Source: Clostridia bacterium
GTDB taxonomy: Bacteria > Bacillota > Clostridia > UMGS1883 > UMGS1540
Reading direction: 5' to 3'
Assembly: GCA_045590155.1 (NCBI GenBank)
Contig: JAZNQL010000019.1
Span: 1-62,221, forward strand
DNA length: 62,221 nucleotides
The notes below the pieces were generated by a model. It saw only the letters and a list, made by a program, of their open reading frames with translations. It ran no database searches and was not told the DNA's origin. Positions 36,002 through 45,114 of this stretch are shown here, in pieces. Position 1 is the stretch's first letter. The number at the start of each line of letters is the position of its first letter. The translations under genes and the position numbers were made by a program.

Positions 36002-36031
36002 ATTATATCATATAAAAGTCCTGTCTGTCAA
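36002..36031 (-). promoter_or_regulatory. SigA promoter of rpmG-secE-nusG
   Basis: TTGACA-18nt-TATAAT with extended -10 TG. Confidence 0.8.
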
Positions 36032-36070
36032 TATTTTTTTTAATTTTTAAAGAAATTTTTTACAAACTGT

Positions 36071-36100
36071 AAAAAGCCTCTGCTTTGCAAAGGCTTTTTT
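36071..36100 (-). terminator. Intrinsic terminator
   Basis: AAAAAGCCTCTGC-TTT-GCAAAGGCTTTTT. Confidence 0.75.
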
Positions 36101-36102
36101 GG

Positions 36103-37272
36103 TTATTGTTTTGCTTCCTTAAACACTGCATAAATACCTATTTTATTTGATTCTTCGCCCGATAAAAGGTCTCCATCTTCTGTTATATGAAATTTCATTG
36201 AAGCTTCGCCCTTCCAGTCGCCGTAGGTATTTGAAGTAAATACTATTTTGCCGTTTTGTATAAAATAAGCATCGGAGTTATATGCCTCCTTCATTGAGGG
36301 GCTTAACGACAGAGTGCAGGTTTCGGCTTTATTGAATTTTATTTGTCTTACTGTATCAATTTTTTCTTCCAGATATAATTTATATTCTTCTATTGTCGAA
36401 AAATCCATAAGTCCCAGATACTCTTTAACGTCAGGGTCTGTTTCGTCGCCTGTCAGCAAAAGTCCCGAATACAGGTATGTTTTTCCTCCAACAGATTCTG
36501 CAACTGTTTCTTTGAAATTATACTCAATTTCAAATCCTGCATAATTGTATTTAAAGGAAAGTTTGTCTTCCGAAACAAAAAGTGCGCACGAATTGTCTGC
36601 CGGTGCTTTTTGAACATTCGCTAAAAACACATACTCGCCTTCCTGCATCCAATATCCGTCTTCAGGGAAAACGGTGTATATAACATCATTTTCAAAATAT
36701 GCGTAGCTTGTGCCGTTTTTATAAAATGTTATCTGTCCGTTTTTTATGGTACTTTGTAAATAGTTTTTGTATTCTTCTTCTGTTTTGACTCCTGCTTCTA
36801 AATAAGCCTTGGGTGCTTTTTCGTCAGCATTCCCTTCAAAGGTTACGCCGGTACATTCAAAGGTTTTGCCGTAAACTGAATGAGACGACTTAAGCGCAAA
36901 CGTTACTTCTGCGGTTATATCTTCATAAGAAAGGTTGCAAATAACACAATCTTCAGAAACGGTAAGCAAAAGCTTTTCTCCCTTCATTTCAGAATTGTCT
37001 GAAATTTCAACCTTATTGCCTTTTTGTTCCCAATAGCTGTATTCTTTATATTCAAAATATTCCAAAGGCATTATAAGATGTGCCGAACCGTCAGAGTAAA
37101 AAGATATTTGCATTTCGGCGCAAATTATTTGCATTGTTTTTTCGTCTCCATCAGTCTTAAGACTTTCAAATGCATAGGTTCTGCCCGATACAGAAATGCT
37201 TTTGGCAGAACAACCCGCAAAAAGTGAAGCCAAAACCGATATTATTAAAATAAGTACAATACTTTTTTTCAT
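36103..37272 (-). CDS. Hypothetical lipoprotein with three internal repeat domains
   Basis: Lipobox LFAGC; three copies of SVxG(K/R)T(Y/F)...QIxF...Y(W/F)xQxG. Confidence 0.75.
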   Translation of the reverse strand: MKKSIVLILIISVLASLFAGCSAKSISVSGRTYAFESLKTDGDEKTMQIICAEMQISFYSDGSAHLIMPLEYFEYKEYSYWEQKGNKVEISDNSEMKGEKLLLTVSEDCVICNLSYEDITAEVTFALKSSHSVYGKTFECTGVTFEGNADEKAPKAYLEAGVKTEEEYKNYLQSTIKNGQITFYKNGTSYAYFENDVIYTVFPEDGYWMQEGEYVFLANVQKAPADNSCALFVSEDKLSFKYNYAGFEIEYNFKETVAESVGGKTYLYSGLLLTGDETDPDVKEYLGLMDFSTIEEYKLYLEEKIDTVRQIKFNKAETCTLSLSPSMKEAYNSDAYFIQNGKIVFTSNTYGDWKGEASMKFHITEDGDLLSGEESNKIGIYAVFKEAKQ

Positions 37273-37329
37273 AAGTAACCTTCTTTTTGTTTTTTAATAT
37301 TCTAACACAGTTTTCGTGAGTTTACAACA

Positions 37330-38079
37330 TCAAAGCTTTATAAATGCGCCTTGTCTTCCCTTATCAGTGCTTCTGTGCGAAAAGAACAAATCGTTTGAAC
37401 AATAGGTACATAAATCACTTCTGTCTATTTGTGTTACGCCTGCTTCTTTCAGGTCTTCCTCTATAAACCCCGCCACATGACTTTTGAATTTGTTGCCGTA
37501 CTCTTTTGTTAAATATGCAAGGTGAGGATGGGTAACGTCAAAAACCTGTTTTGTATCTTCCCCTATTTCAAAGCAGCATTTACCGATAGAAGGGCCTATT
37601 GCTGCCTTTATATTTTTGCAGTTAAATTCTTCTTTCATTATCTTAACTGCTTTTACTGATATTTTTTTAGTTGTTCCTCTCCAGCCCGAATGTACTGCCG
37701 CTATTACTTTTTTATCGTCGTCATACAAAAGTACAGGAACGCAATCAGCAGTAAATACGCCTATGGTTATCCCCTTTTGTGCTGTTACAAAGCCATCTGC
37801 TATATAAAGAGCATTTAAATCTGAATTTTTATCAAGAACTACTACATTATCTGTATGTTCCTGCTTTGGCGTAATGATTTTTGAAAGGTTAAAGGTTTTG
37901 CTTAAACGGGTGTAGTTTTCCGCCACGTTTTCTGCATCATCCTGCGTTCGTACTCCAAGATTTAAGGATGCATACTCTTTTTCTGTGCTTACCCCGCCAA
38001 TCCTTGTAGTAAAAATATGAGTTGTATTTATTATTTCACTTTCCAAAAACTTAATTCCGTTTTTTTCTTTTAACTGCAC
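37330..38079 (-). CDS. pgeF: Peptidoglycan editing factor / laccase-domain purine nucleoside enzyme (YfiH/YlmD)
   Basis: FTTRIGGVS, QEH, TADCVPVL, HSGWRG, IGPSI and FFSHR motifs. Confidence 0.92.
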   Translation of the reverse strand: MQLKEKNGIKFLESEIINTTHIFTTRIGGVSTEKEYASLNLGVRTQDDAENVAENYTRLSKTFNLSKIITPKQEHTDNVVVLDKNSDLNALYIADGFVTAQKGITIGVFTADCVPVLLYDDDKKVIAAVHSGWRGTTKKISVKAVKIMKEEFNCKNIKAAIGPSIGKCCFEIGEDTKQVFDVTHPHLAYLTKEYGNKFKSHVAGFIEEDLKEAGVTQIDRSDLCTYCSNDLFFSHRSTDKGRQGAFIKL

Positions 38080-38148
38080 AAAATCACTCTCCTGTTAGAG
38101 TATAGCAGATTTTATTTATTACGTCAACTTTAGCCTTGGTTGTTAAAT

Positions 38149-39429
38149 CTATACAAGCTTTATTATGTTATAGCTTGTTGCAAGCAACGCCCAGTTTTGT
38201 GCAAACGGGAACATAATGCTCCAGTATCCTATTCCGGTAAGATTATATCTGTCAGCAAGACGAAGCTTTGCATCAATACTTCTTACATCTTCAAACCATA
38301 CAACGTGGCTCCTTCCGTTTTCGGTGTAATAGAAATACGGCGTTTGCGATTCCCTGTCAAAAATTATTTCGGCATTTTGCTGTGCTGCCCTTTCAACTGC
38401 CGTTTGATTTCCGAGTGCCTGTGCCCTTGAGGTGCCTTGCTCGTAAGGAAGTGTCCAGTCATATCCGTAGTTTGGTATGCCCATATAAATTTTATTTCGT
38501 GGGATTTCTGATACGGCATATCTTATCACATCCTCTACCTGCGGCAATGGCGCTACTGCAAGAGGAGGACCGTATGTATATCCCCATTCGTATGTCATAA
38601 GCAAAACTCTGTTGGCTATTGCGCCTATTGCGGGATAATTATGTGCCTCGTACAAAAGTCCCGGCTGATTTGCATAGGTTTTAGGCGCTAAAGCAACACT
38701 TAAGGTAAAACCGTTTTGCGAAAGTTTTTCTCTTGCGTTCTCCAAAAAATCAAGGTATGCCTCGCCATAATCATAGGGAACATATTCAAAGTCAACATCC
38801 AGTGCTTGATATCCTTTTTCTCTCATAACTTCAATAATGTTATTTAAAACTATTTCCTGATAAGCTCTATCTCCTAAAAGTCTTTTTGCCTTTTCGCCCG
38901 AGAAGTTTCCGCTTTCGTCTATTGTTGTAAGTACCATTACGGGAACTACCCTGAATTCATATGCAAGGCGGATAAGCTCTGTATCGTTTACACCTATAAG
39001 CCCGCCTTCATCATCAAAGCCGTAGGAAAAAATTGCAAGATAGGTAAGATAAGGCAATGCTCTTAAAAGAACATTCCTTCTTATATAGGGATAAGCATAC
39101 CCCATTACAGAAAGCGAGCGCCGTTTTTCTCCTTCAAAAGATATTGTAAGCTCCTGCCCTGGGAAAATGTTGCCCGAAATAGCAATAGTGGGATTATTCT
39201 GAATAAGCTCGATTTCGCTTATCCCAAATCTTCGGGATATAGAAAAAAGGCTGTCCCCAGGTTGTACCCTGTAAATTTGCAAAGGAAACGTAACAATAAG
39301 CGCCTGACCAACAGCAAGACGAGAATTAAGAGCAAGACCGTTATCGCTTAAAAGCCTTGCAACCGAAACTCCATACTGCCTTGCAATGGAAGTTAAAGTG
39401 TCTCCTCTTTGAACAACATGTATAAGCAT
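38149..39429 (-). CDS. 2xLysM + GH18 spore cortex hydrolase (YaaH/SleL/YdhD-like)
   Basis: HVVQRGDTL, YRVQPGDSL, DVDFEY, LMTYEWG and YGYDW motifs; RBS AAGGAG. Confidence 0.9.
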   Translation of the reverse strand: MLIHVVQRGDTLTSIARQYGVSVARLLSDNGLALNSRLAVGQALIVTFPLQIYRVQPGDSLFSISRRFGISEIELIQNNPTIAISGNIFPGQELTISFEGEKRRSLSVMGYAYPYIRRNVLLRALPYLTYLAIFSYGFDDEGGLIGVNDTELIRLAYEFRVVPVMVLTTIDESGNFSGEKAKRLLGDRAYQEIVLNNIIEVMREKGYQALDVDFEYVPYDYGEAYLDFLENAREKLSQNGFTLSVALAPKTYANQPGLLYEAHNYPAIGAIANRVLLMTYEWGYTYGPPLAVAPLPQVEDVIRYAVSEIPRNKIYMGIPNYGYDWTLPYEQGTSRAQALGNQTAVERAAQQNAEIIFDRESQTPYFYYTENGRSHVVWFEDVRSIDAKLRLADRYNLTGIGYWSIMFPFAQNWALLATSYNIIKLV

Positions 39430-39543
39430 TATATCAACTCCTTTTTCTTTGCTTAACATATTATTCAGATTATTGATTTTAGTGAATAACATCTTTTGTT
39501 CAAAGCTGACCTCTTAACGGGCAAAAGTATAACTTAAAAACGC

Positions 39544-39575
39544 AAAAACAGATTACGCAATGCGTAACCTGTTTT
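39544..39575 (-). terminator. Intrinsic terminator
   Basis: AAAACAGATTACGCA-A-TGCGTAACCTGTTTT. Confidence 0.7.
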
Positions 39576-39582
39576 GATTTTA

Positions 39583-40845
39583 TCAAACGTTTTCGAGTGC
39601 CTGTTTTAAGTCTTCGATTATATCGTCTACATTTTCAAGCCCTACCGAAAGTCTTACCATGGAAGGGTTAATGCCTGCAGCTACAAGCTGCTGGTCGGTA
39701 AGCTGACGGTGTGTTTCGCTTGCAGGGTGTAATACACAAGTTCTTATGTCTGCAACGTGTACTTCGTTTGAAGCAAGCTTTAATGAGTCCATAAATCTTA
39801 CTGCCGCATCTCTGCCGCCCTTTATGTTTACTGAGATAACTCCGCTTGCGCCCTTTAAGTATTTTTGTGCAAGCTCGTACTGACTGTCACCTTCAAGGAA
39901 GGGATAATCAACATGCTCTATTTTGTCGGATTCCTTTAAAAATTTTGCTACTGTAAGGGCATTTTCGCAGTACTGCTTCATTCTTATATGAAGTGTTTCA
40001 AGTCCTAAATTAAGAAGGAAAGCCGAATGTGCCGCAGGATATGCACCAAAATCTCTCATCAGCTGCATTCTTGCTTTTATTATATATGCCGCTTCCTTAT
40101 ATGTATCAACATATGTTATGCCGTGATAGGATTCATCAGGCTCTGTAAATTCAGGGAACTTGCCGTTTGACCAGTTGAATTTACCACTGTCAACAATAAC
40201 GCCACCGCCCTGAACTGCATGACCGTCCATATATTTGGTTGTTGAATGAATAACTATATCTGCTCCAAATTCAAAGGGTTTGCACAAAATGGGAGTTGCA
40301 AAGGTGTTGTCTATTATAAGAGGAACGTCCATACTGTGGGCTATGTTTGCAAATCTTTCGATATCAAAAACTTTAAGTGCGGGATTTGCTATTGTTTCGC
40401 CAAAAACAGCTTTTGTGTTTTCTTTGAAGGCTGCCTTTATTTCTTCGTCGCTCCACGATGCATCAACATAAATGCATTCTATTCCAAGCTTTTTTAATGT
40501 ATATGAGAAAAGATTTATTGTTCCGCCGTAAATCTGGGGCACGCTTATAAAGCTATCGCCAGCATGACAGATATTTAAAATAGAAAGAAGGCTTGCCGCT
40601 TGTCCTGATGATGTGCACATTGCACCTACGCCGCCCTCTAAAGCTGCAATCTTTTCTTCAACCGCCATTACAGTCGGGTTTGCAAAACGTGAGTATATAA
40701 GGCTTTTTGTGGGTTCGTCAAACACAGCCGCAACATCGTCTGTCGAATCATAAACATAGGTTGTGCTTTGCACTATCGGTACTACTCTCGGTTCTGTATT
40801 TTTCGGGGTGTAACCCGCATGTAGGCATTTTGTTTCGTCTCTCAT
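39583..40845 (-). CDS. metY: O-acetylhomoserine aminocarboxypropyltransferase / cysteine synthase (MetY-like)
   Basis: YSRFANPT, SSGQAA, DNTFATP, HSTTKYMDGH, HPASETHRQL and RLSVGLE motifs. Confidence 0.88.
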   Translation of the reverse strand: MRDETKCLHAGYTPKNTEPRVVPIVQSTTYVYDSTDDVAAVFDEPTKSLIYSRFANPTVMAVEEKIAALEGGVGAMCTSSGQAASLLSILNICHAGDSFISVPQIYGGTINLFSYTLKKLGIECIYVDASWSDEEIKAAFKENTKAVFGETIANPALKVFDIERFANIAHSMDVPLIIDNTFATPILCKPFEFGADIVIHSTTKYMDGHAVQGGGVIVDSGKFNWSNGKFPEFTEPDESYHGITYVDTYKEAAYIIKARMQLMRDFGAYPAAHSAFLLNLGLETLHIRMKQYCENALTVAKFLKESDKIEHVDYPFLEGDSQYELAQKYLKGASGVISVNIKGGRDAAVRFMDSLKLASNEVHVADIRTCVLHPASETHRQLTDQQLVAAGINPSMVRLSVGLENVDDIIEDLKQALENV

Positions 40846-40870
40846 AATTTTACCTCCAAAAATAATCTCT

Positions 40871-42244
40871 TTATTCTATTATATCAGCTTTTTTTATTTT
40901 GTTCAACCTTTTCCTTGCAAATATATAACACACAAAATGTGCCGCTCCTGTCAAAAACCAAGATATGGGATAAACTATAAATATGTTATTTATAGTTGGC
41001 ATTAATGGGAATACAAAGGCAAGCCAGGTAATTCTGAATATACAGGTGCCGAAAATTGCTACAAAAAGGGGCAATAGCGAATACCCAAGGCCACGCACAC
41101 CATTGCCAAGCGATTCCATTATACCGCATAAACAATATGGTGCCATTACAAACCAAAGTCTGTTTATACCATACCTGATAACCTCTGCATCATTAGAGTA
41201 TATTGAAAGCACCTTCGCTGCAAAGGGCATTATTGTTACAGTAAACAAAATGCCTGTAACTGCCGCACAAAGCGCGCAAGCTTTTAAGCCGGCATCAACT
41301 CTTTTAAGCTTTCCTGCTCCGAGGTTTTGTCCCGAGAGTGTGAGCATTGTCTGGGCAAAGGAATTAATTGCTACATAGGCAAAACCTTCAACATTGCCAG
41401 CCGCAGCACTCCCTGCTACTATGGCGGTTTGGTCAAATGAATTTACCGATGCCTGTACCATCATATTTGATATCGAAAACATAGAGCTTTGCAGCCCTGC
41501 AGGCAAACCTATGGCGACAATCTCACTCATTTCGTTTTTATCAAATGCAATTTTTGATATATCAAGGTGTACCTCGCTTTGCTCGGTTATAAGACACAAA
41601 ATAACTAAAGTCATCGAAACAAACTGTGATATAGCCGTTGCAAGTCCTACACCGAGTGCTCCCATATGAAACACTATAACAAATATAAGATTTAATATAA
41701 CATTCACGATGCCTGCAACTGTTAAAAATCTAAGCGGTCTTTCAGTATCCCCTTTAGAACGTAGAATTGATGCGCCAAAGTTATACACTATGGTAGCGGG
41801 CACTCCTACAAAATAGGCACGCATATATTTAAGGGCACTGTTAAAAATATCGCTCGGGGTGTCAAGCAAACGAAGGAGAGGTCCCGAAATCAAAAAGCCT
41901 ACAACGCCGGTTATAATTCCGAACAAAATACTTGTCGCAATTGCGGTATGTACTGCCTTTTCTACTCTATATGTGTCCTTTGCACCTATATGCCTTGCAA
42001 TAAGCACATTTGAGCCTATCGAAAGACCTATACAAAAGTTTACTATAAGATTTACACTCGAGCTTGTTGCCCCAACAGCTGCAAGCTCACCACTGCCCGC
42101 AAACTTTCCTACCACTATAATATCGGCAGCGTTAAAGAGAAGCTGCAAAATTCCGTTAAGCATAAGCGGTATTGTAAAAAGCAAAATGTTTTTTAATAAA
42201 GGCCCTTCGGTAAAATTTGTTTCACTGCGTGCCAAACTTTTCAT
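40871..42244 (-). CDS. MATE family efflux transporter
   Basis: LQLLFNAADIIVVG, ILRSKGDT and NVILNLIFV motifs; about 12 TM segments. Confidence 0.9.
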   Translation of the reverse strand: MKSLARSETNFTEGPLLKNILLFTIPLMLNGILQLLFNAADIIVVGKFAGSGELAAVGATSSSVNLIVNFCIGLSIGSNVLIARHIGAKDTYRVEKAVHTAIATSILFGIITGVVGFLISGPLLRLLDTPSDIFNSALKYMRAYFVGVPATIVYNFGASILRSKGDTERPLRFLTVAGIVNVILNLIFVIVFHMGALGVGLATAISQFVSMTLVILCLITEQSEVHLDISKIAFDKNEMSEIVAIGLPAGLQSSMFSISNMMVQASVNSFDQTAIVAGSAAAGNVEGFAYVAINSFAQTMLTLSGQNLGAGKLKRVDAGLKACALCAAVTGILFTVTIMPFAAKVLSIYSNDAEVIRYGINRLWFVMAPYCLCGIMESLGNGVRGLGYSLLPLFVAIFGTCIFRITWLAFVFPLMPTINNIFIVYPISWFLTGAAHFVCYIFARKRLNKIKKADIIE

Positions 42245-42389
42245 TTTCTTACCCCTTCTGCTGGCTCTGATTTTTTTTATACTCCTTATTATATGCCCTT
42301 TAATTCCCTTTGTAAAGATGTTTTTTGCAAAATTTCTCTTCTCAAACAAAGTTTTTTATGCTATACTTGTTTTAAAGGGAGGTTTTTAT

Positions 42390-43145
42390 ATGTCACTTGT
42401 TTTTATTACCGCTCTGGGGGTTGGCGGTGCTACCCTTTTTGGAGCTATAATAGGTTTTTTATTTAAAAATGTTTCTCATAAATTTAATGATATTATTCTT
42501 TCGTTTGCAGCGGGGGTTATGCTCTCGGCGGCTGTGCTCGGACTTATTGTTCCTTCTTTGGAATACGGTGGGAAATATCCTCTTTTAGTGTGTATTGCAG
42601 GTATCTTTTCGGGTGCTGTTGCTTTGAATTTTATGGACAAGCTTGTTCCACATTTGCATAATATTATGGGAAGCGCAAATGAAGAAAAGCATAAAGACAC
42701 AAACATAAACAAGCTTATACTTTTTGTTATGGCAATAGCCATACATAATCTGCCCGAAGGTATTGCCGCAGGTGTAGGCTTTGGAAGCGAAAATACTGCC
42801 GAGGCAGTTATGATAGCAGGGGCTATTGCTTTGCAGAATATTCCTGAAGGTATGGTTATAATTGCTCCAATGCTTGCGGCAGGCATTTCGCCTAAAAAAA
42901 CCTTTATATGTGCCGCGCTGACAGGGGTTATAGAGGTTATAGGTACTTTGATAGGATATTTTGCAACATCGCTTTCGAGTGCGATTTTGCCTTTTGCTCT
43001 TGCTTTTGCGGGCGGTACTATGCTTTATGTTGTAAGCGATGAAATGATTCCCGAAACTCACGCTCACGGAAGCGAGCGCGCTGCTACATACTCGCTTCTT
43101 ATAGGTTTTTGTGTTATGTTGGTTCTTGATGTGGTTTTAGGATAA
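42390..43145 (+). CDS. ZIP (ZupT/GufA) metal transporter
   Basis: FAAGVML, HNLPEG, QNIPEG and EMIPE motifs; RBS GGGAGG before the ATG at 42390. Confidence 0.92.
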   Translation: MSLVFITALGVGGATLFGAIIGFLFKNVSHKFNDIILSFAAGVMLSAAVLGLIVPSLEYGGKYPLLVCIAGIFSGAVALNFMDKLVPHLHNIMGSANEEKHKDTNINKLILFVMAIAIHNLPEGIAAGVGFGSENTAEAVMIAGAIALQNIPEGMVIIAPMLAAGISPKKTFICAALTGVIEVIGTLIGYFATSLSSAILPFALAFAGGTMLYVVSDEMIPETHAHGSERAATYSLLIGFCVMLVLDVVLG

Positions 43146-43150
43146 ATAAA

Positions 43151-43188
43151 TAAAAAAGGCGGTGTAAAAATTTACACCGCCTTTTTTA
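43151..43188. terminator. Bidirectional terminator
   Basis: TAAAAAAGGCGGTGTAAA-AA-TTTACACCGCCTTTTTTA. Confidence 0.88.
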
Positions 43189-43203
43189 TGGGGATTGGAA
43201 AAA

Positions 43204-43313
43204 ATGTTTCAGAACGGACAAACTGAGCTACACCAAGGCTTTGCCTTGGTGTAGGATACCCGAAGGCGTACAAATACGCCCTAGAGGCGAAGTTTGTTCA
43301 TAGCAAAAAACAT
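43204..43313. repeat. GC-rich multi-hairpin element (REP/MITE-like or ncRNA)
   Basis: CTACACCAAGGC/GCCTTGGTGTAG and GGCGTA/TACGCC hairpins closed by GGACAAACT/AGTTTGTTC. Confidence 0.5.
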
Positions 43314-43443
43314 AAAATTATAAGAAAAAATCAAAAAATTGATTTTTTCGACCTAATTTATCTCTCTATAAATTAGATTTGCAAAGTATATTTCTTATAT
43401 TTCTTCGTTTTTTGCGGTCTGGACTTTTTTTACATTCCCTTTT

Positions 43444-43869
43444 TTATTTGTTTAAAAGAAAGTCTAATGCTTCTATATACCCGTCAAAGCCTTTGCCGCA
43501 AATGGTTTTTTCGGCTATAAGCGACACATAAGAAATTTTGCGGAAATCTTCTCTTTCGGTAACATCCGAAATATGAACTTCAACCGTAGGGATTGCAACC
43601 GCCTTTAAGGCATCAAGTATTGCAATGCTTGTATGTGTATAGGCGGCAGGGTTTATGATTATGCCGTCAAACACACAAAATGCCTCCTGAATTTTATCCA
43701 CAATAGCGCCCTCGTGGTTTGACTGAAAAATTTCTATGCTGCAGCCTCTTTGTGTTGCAGCTTTTTCAATTTTATCGGTTAAATCCTGATAAGTTGATTT
43801 TCCGTAAATATCGGGTTCGCGTATTCCCAGCATATTTAAATTGGGACCGTTGATTACAAGTATTTTCAT
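43444..43869 (-). CDS. aroQ: Type II 3-dehydroquinate dehydratase
   Basis: NGPNLNMLGIREPDIYG, QSNHEG, NPAAYTHTS and EVHIS motifs. Confidence 0.96.
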   Translation of the reverse strand: MKILVINGPNLNMLGIREPDIYGKSTYQDLTDKIEKAATQRGCSIEIFQSNHEGAIVDKIQEAFCVFDGIIINPAAYTHTSIAILDALKAVAIPTVEVHISDVTEREDFRKISYVSLIAEKTICGKGFDGYIEALDFLLNK

Positions 43870-45098
43870 ATTTTTTCATCTCCGAATATTTTTTCTTTTA
43901 TAAGAAGTGCCGTTTTTTCGGGGTTCCCTGTTGACACAACCGAAAAGTGCGAAAATTTTTTATACATAGGCAGGCGTTTTACATACATGTTTTTAAGGTT
44001 TTCTTCCCCGCCTTCAGATAACGGTCTTCCTTTGGTTGCAAGACGCGAAAGCTCTCTTTCCAAAAATACGACTATGGCATTTTGATGCATAATATCAAAA
44101 TTTATATCCTGCGTTACACATCCTCCCCCAGTTGCAATAACAAGCGAGCTTTTTTTACAAAGCTCTGCAAGAACAAGGGTTTCTGTTTTACGGAAGGCTT
44201 GCTCTCCGTCCTTCTGTATAATTTCGGCAGGGGTTTTGTAAAGCTTTGTAATTTCCTCGTCACTATCTGCAAATTCTCTTTCCAAAAGCTTTGCAAGACA
44301 TTTTGAAACTGTTGTTTTGCCAGAGCCTGGCATCCCTACAAGAATTATATTTTTTGTCTGTCTTTCTATCTTCTTACGTATTTCGTTTATTTTTTCATCG
44401 CAAATTTTTTTACCCGTAAAGATTTCGCAAGCCTTTTTTGCCTGTGAAACAAGCATGGGAAGTCCGTTTGCCGTTTTTATTCCCATTTTTTGTGCATCGG
44501 CAATTATTTTTGTGCGCGCAGGGTTATATATTACATCAATTACTGCTTCGCAGTTTTTAAACAGTGTTATGTTAATAGGTGCTTTATCAGTATCAGGATA
44601 CATACCTACGGGGGTTGCGTTCACTATAATCTGTGCATTTAAAAATGGCGCGATATTTTGGGGATTGTTTTCTTTGCGGGTTAAATATCTTACACTTTTT
44701 GCGTCATTATCAACGAAAACACAAAATGCCGTTTTTGCCGCACCGCCATTTCCTATAATAACAACGTCTTTACCCTTTATATCAATATCAGCTGTTTTTA
44801 AGGTATATTCAAATCCATAGTAATCAGTATTATATCCGTAAAGCTTTCCTTCGCGCTTTACTATTGTATTTACTGCTCCTATTTTTTCGGCTTCGGGCGA
44901 AATAATGTCAAGATACTGCATTACCGTCTGTTTATACGGGATTGTAACATTCAATCCGTCAAAATCTTTATTCTCAAAAAACTTTGCCAGTTCATTTTCT
45001 TCAAGCTCGCGATATTCATAAGAATAATCGGCAAGCTCTTTATGTATCAGCTTTGAAAATGAATGTGAAAGTTTTTTTGCTATAAGATAACATTTCAT
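43866..45098 (-). CDS. aroE: Shikimate dehydrogenase-shikimate kinase fusion (AroE-AroK)
   Basis: NVTIPYK, GAVNT, NTDYYG and GNGGAA, then GMPGSGKT, DSD, ATGGG and RPL. Confidence 0.92.
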   Translation of the reverse strand: MKCYLIAKKLSHSFSKLIHKELADYSYEYRELEENELAKFFENKDFDGLNVTIPYKQTVMQYLDIISPEAEKIGAVNTIVKREGKLYGYNTDYYGFEYTLKTADIDIKGKDVVIIGNGGAAKTAFCVFVDNDAKSVRYLTRKENNPQNIAPFLNAQIIVNATPVGMYPDTDKAPINITLFKNCEAVIDVIYNPARTKIIADAQKMGIKTANGLPMLVSQAKKACEIFTGKKICDEKINEIRKKIERQTKNIILVGMPGSGKTTVSKCLAKLLEREFADSDEEITKLYKTPAEIIQKDGEQAFRKTETLVLAELCKKSSLVIATGGGCVTQDINFDIMHQNAIVVFLERELSRLATKGRPLSEGGEENLKNMYVKRLPMYKKFSHFSVVSTGNPEKTALLIKEKIFGDEKI

Positions 45099-45114
45099 TA
45101 TTATCAAATCCTTA

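Noticed and set aside
40846-40870. SAM riboswitch or T-box for metY
   Set aside because: Only 25 nt separate metY from the upstream MATE gene.
41859-42389. N-terminal extension of the ZIP ORF (likewise 3361-3429 for hprK and 7424-7768 for the S4 protein)
   Set aside because: The extensions overlap neighbouring genes, and internal ATGs have clear RBSs.
43866-45098. AroE-AroK fusion as a novelty
   Set aside because: A fusion of consecutive pathway steps that I recall from other Clostridia; recorded as a feature only.
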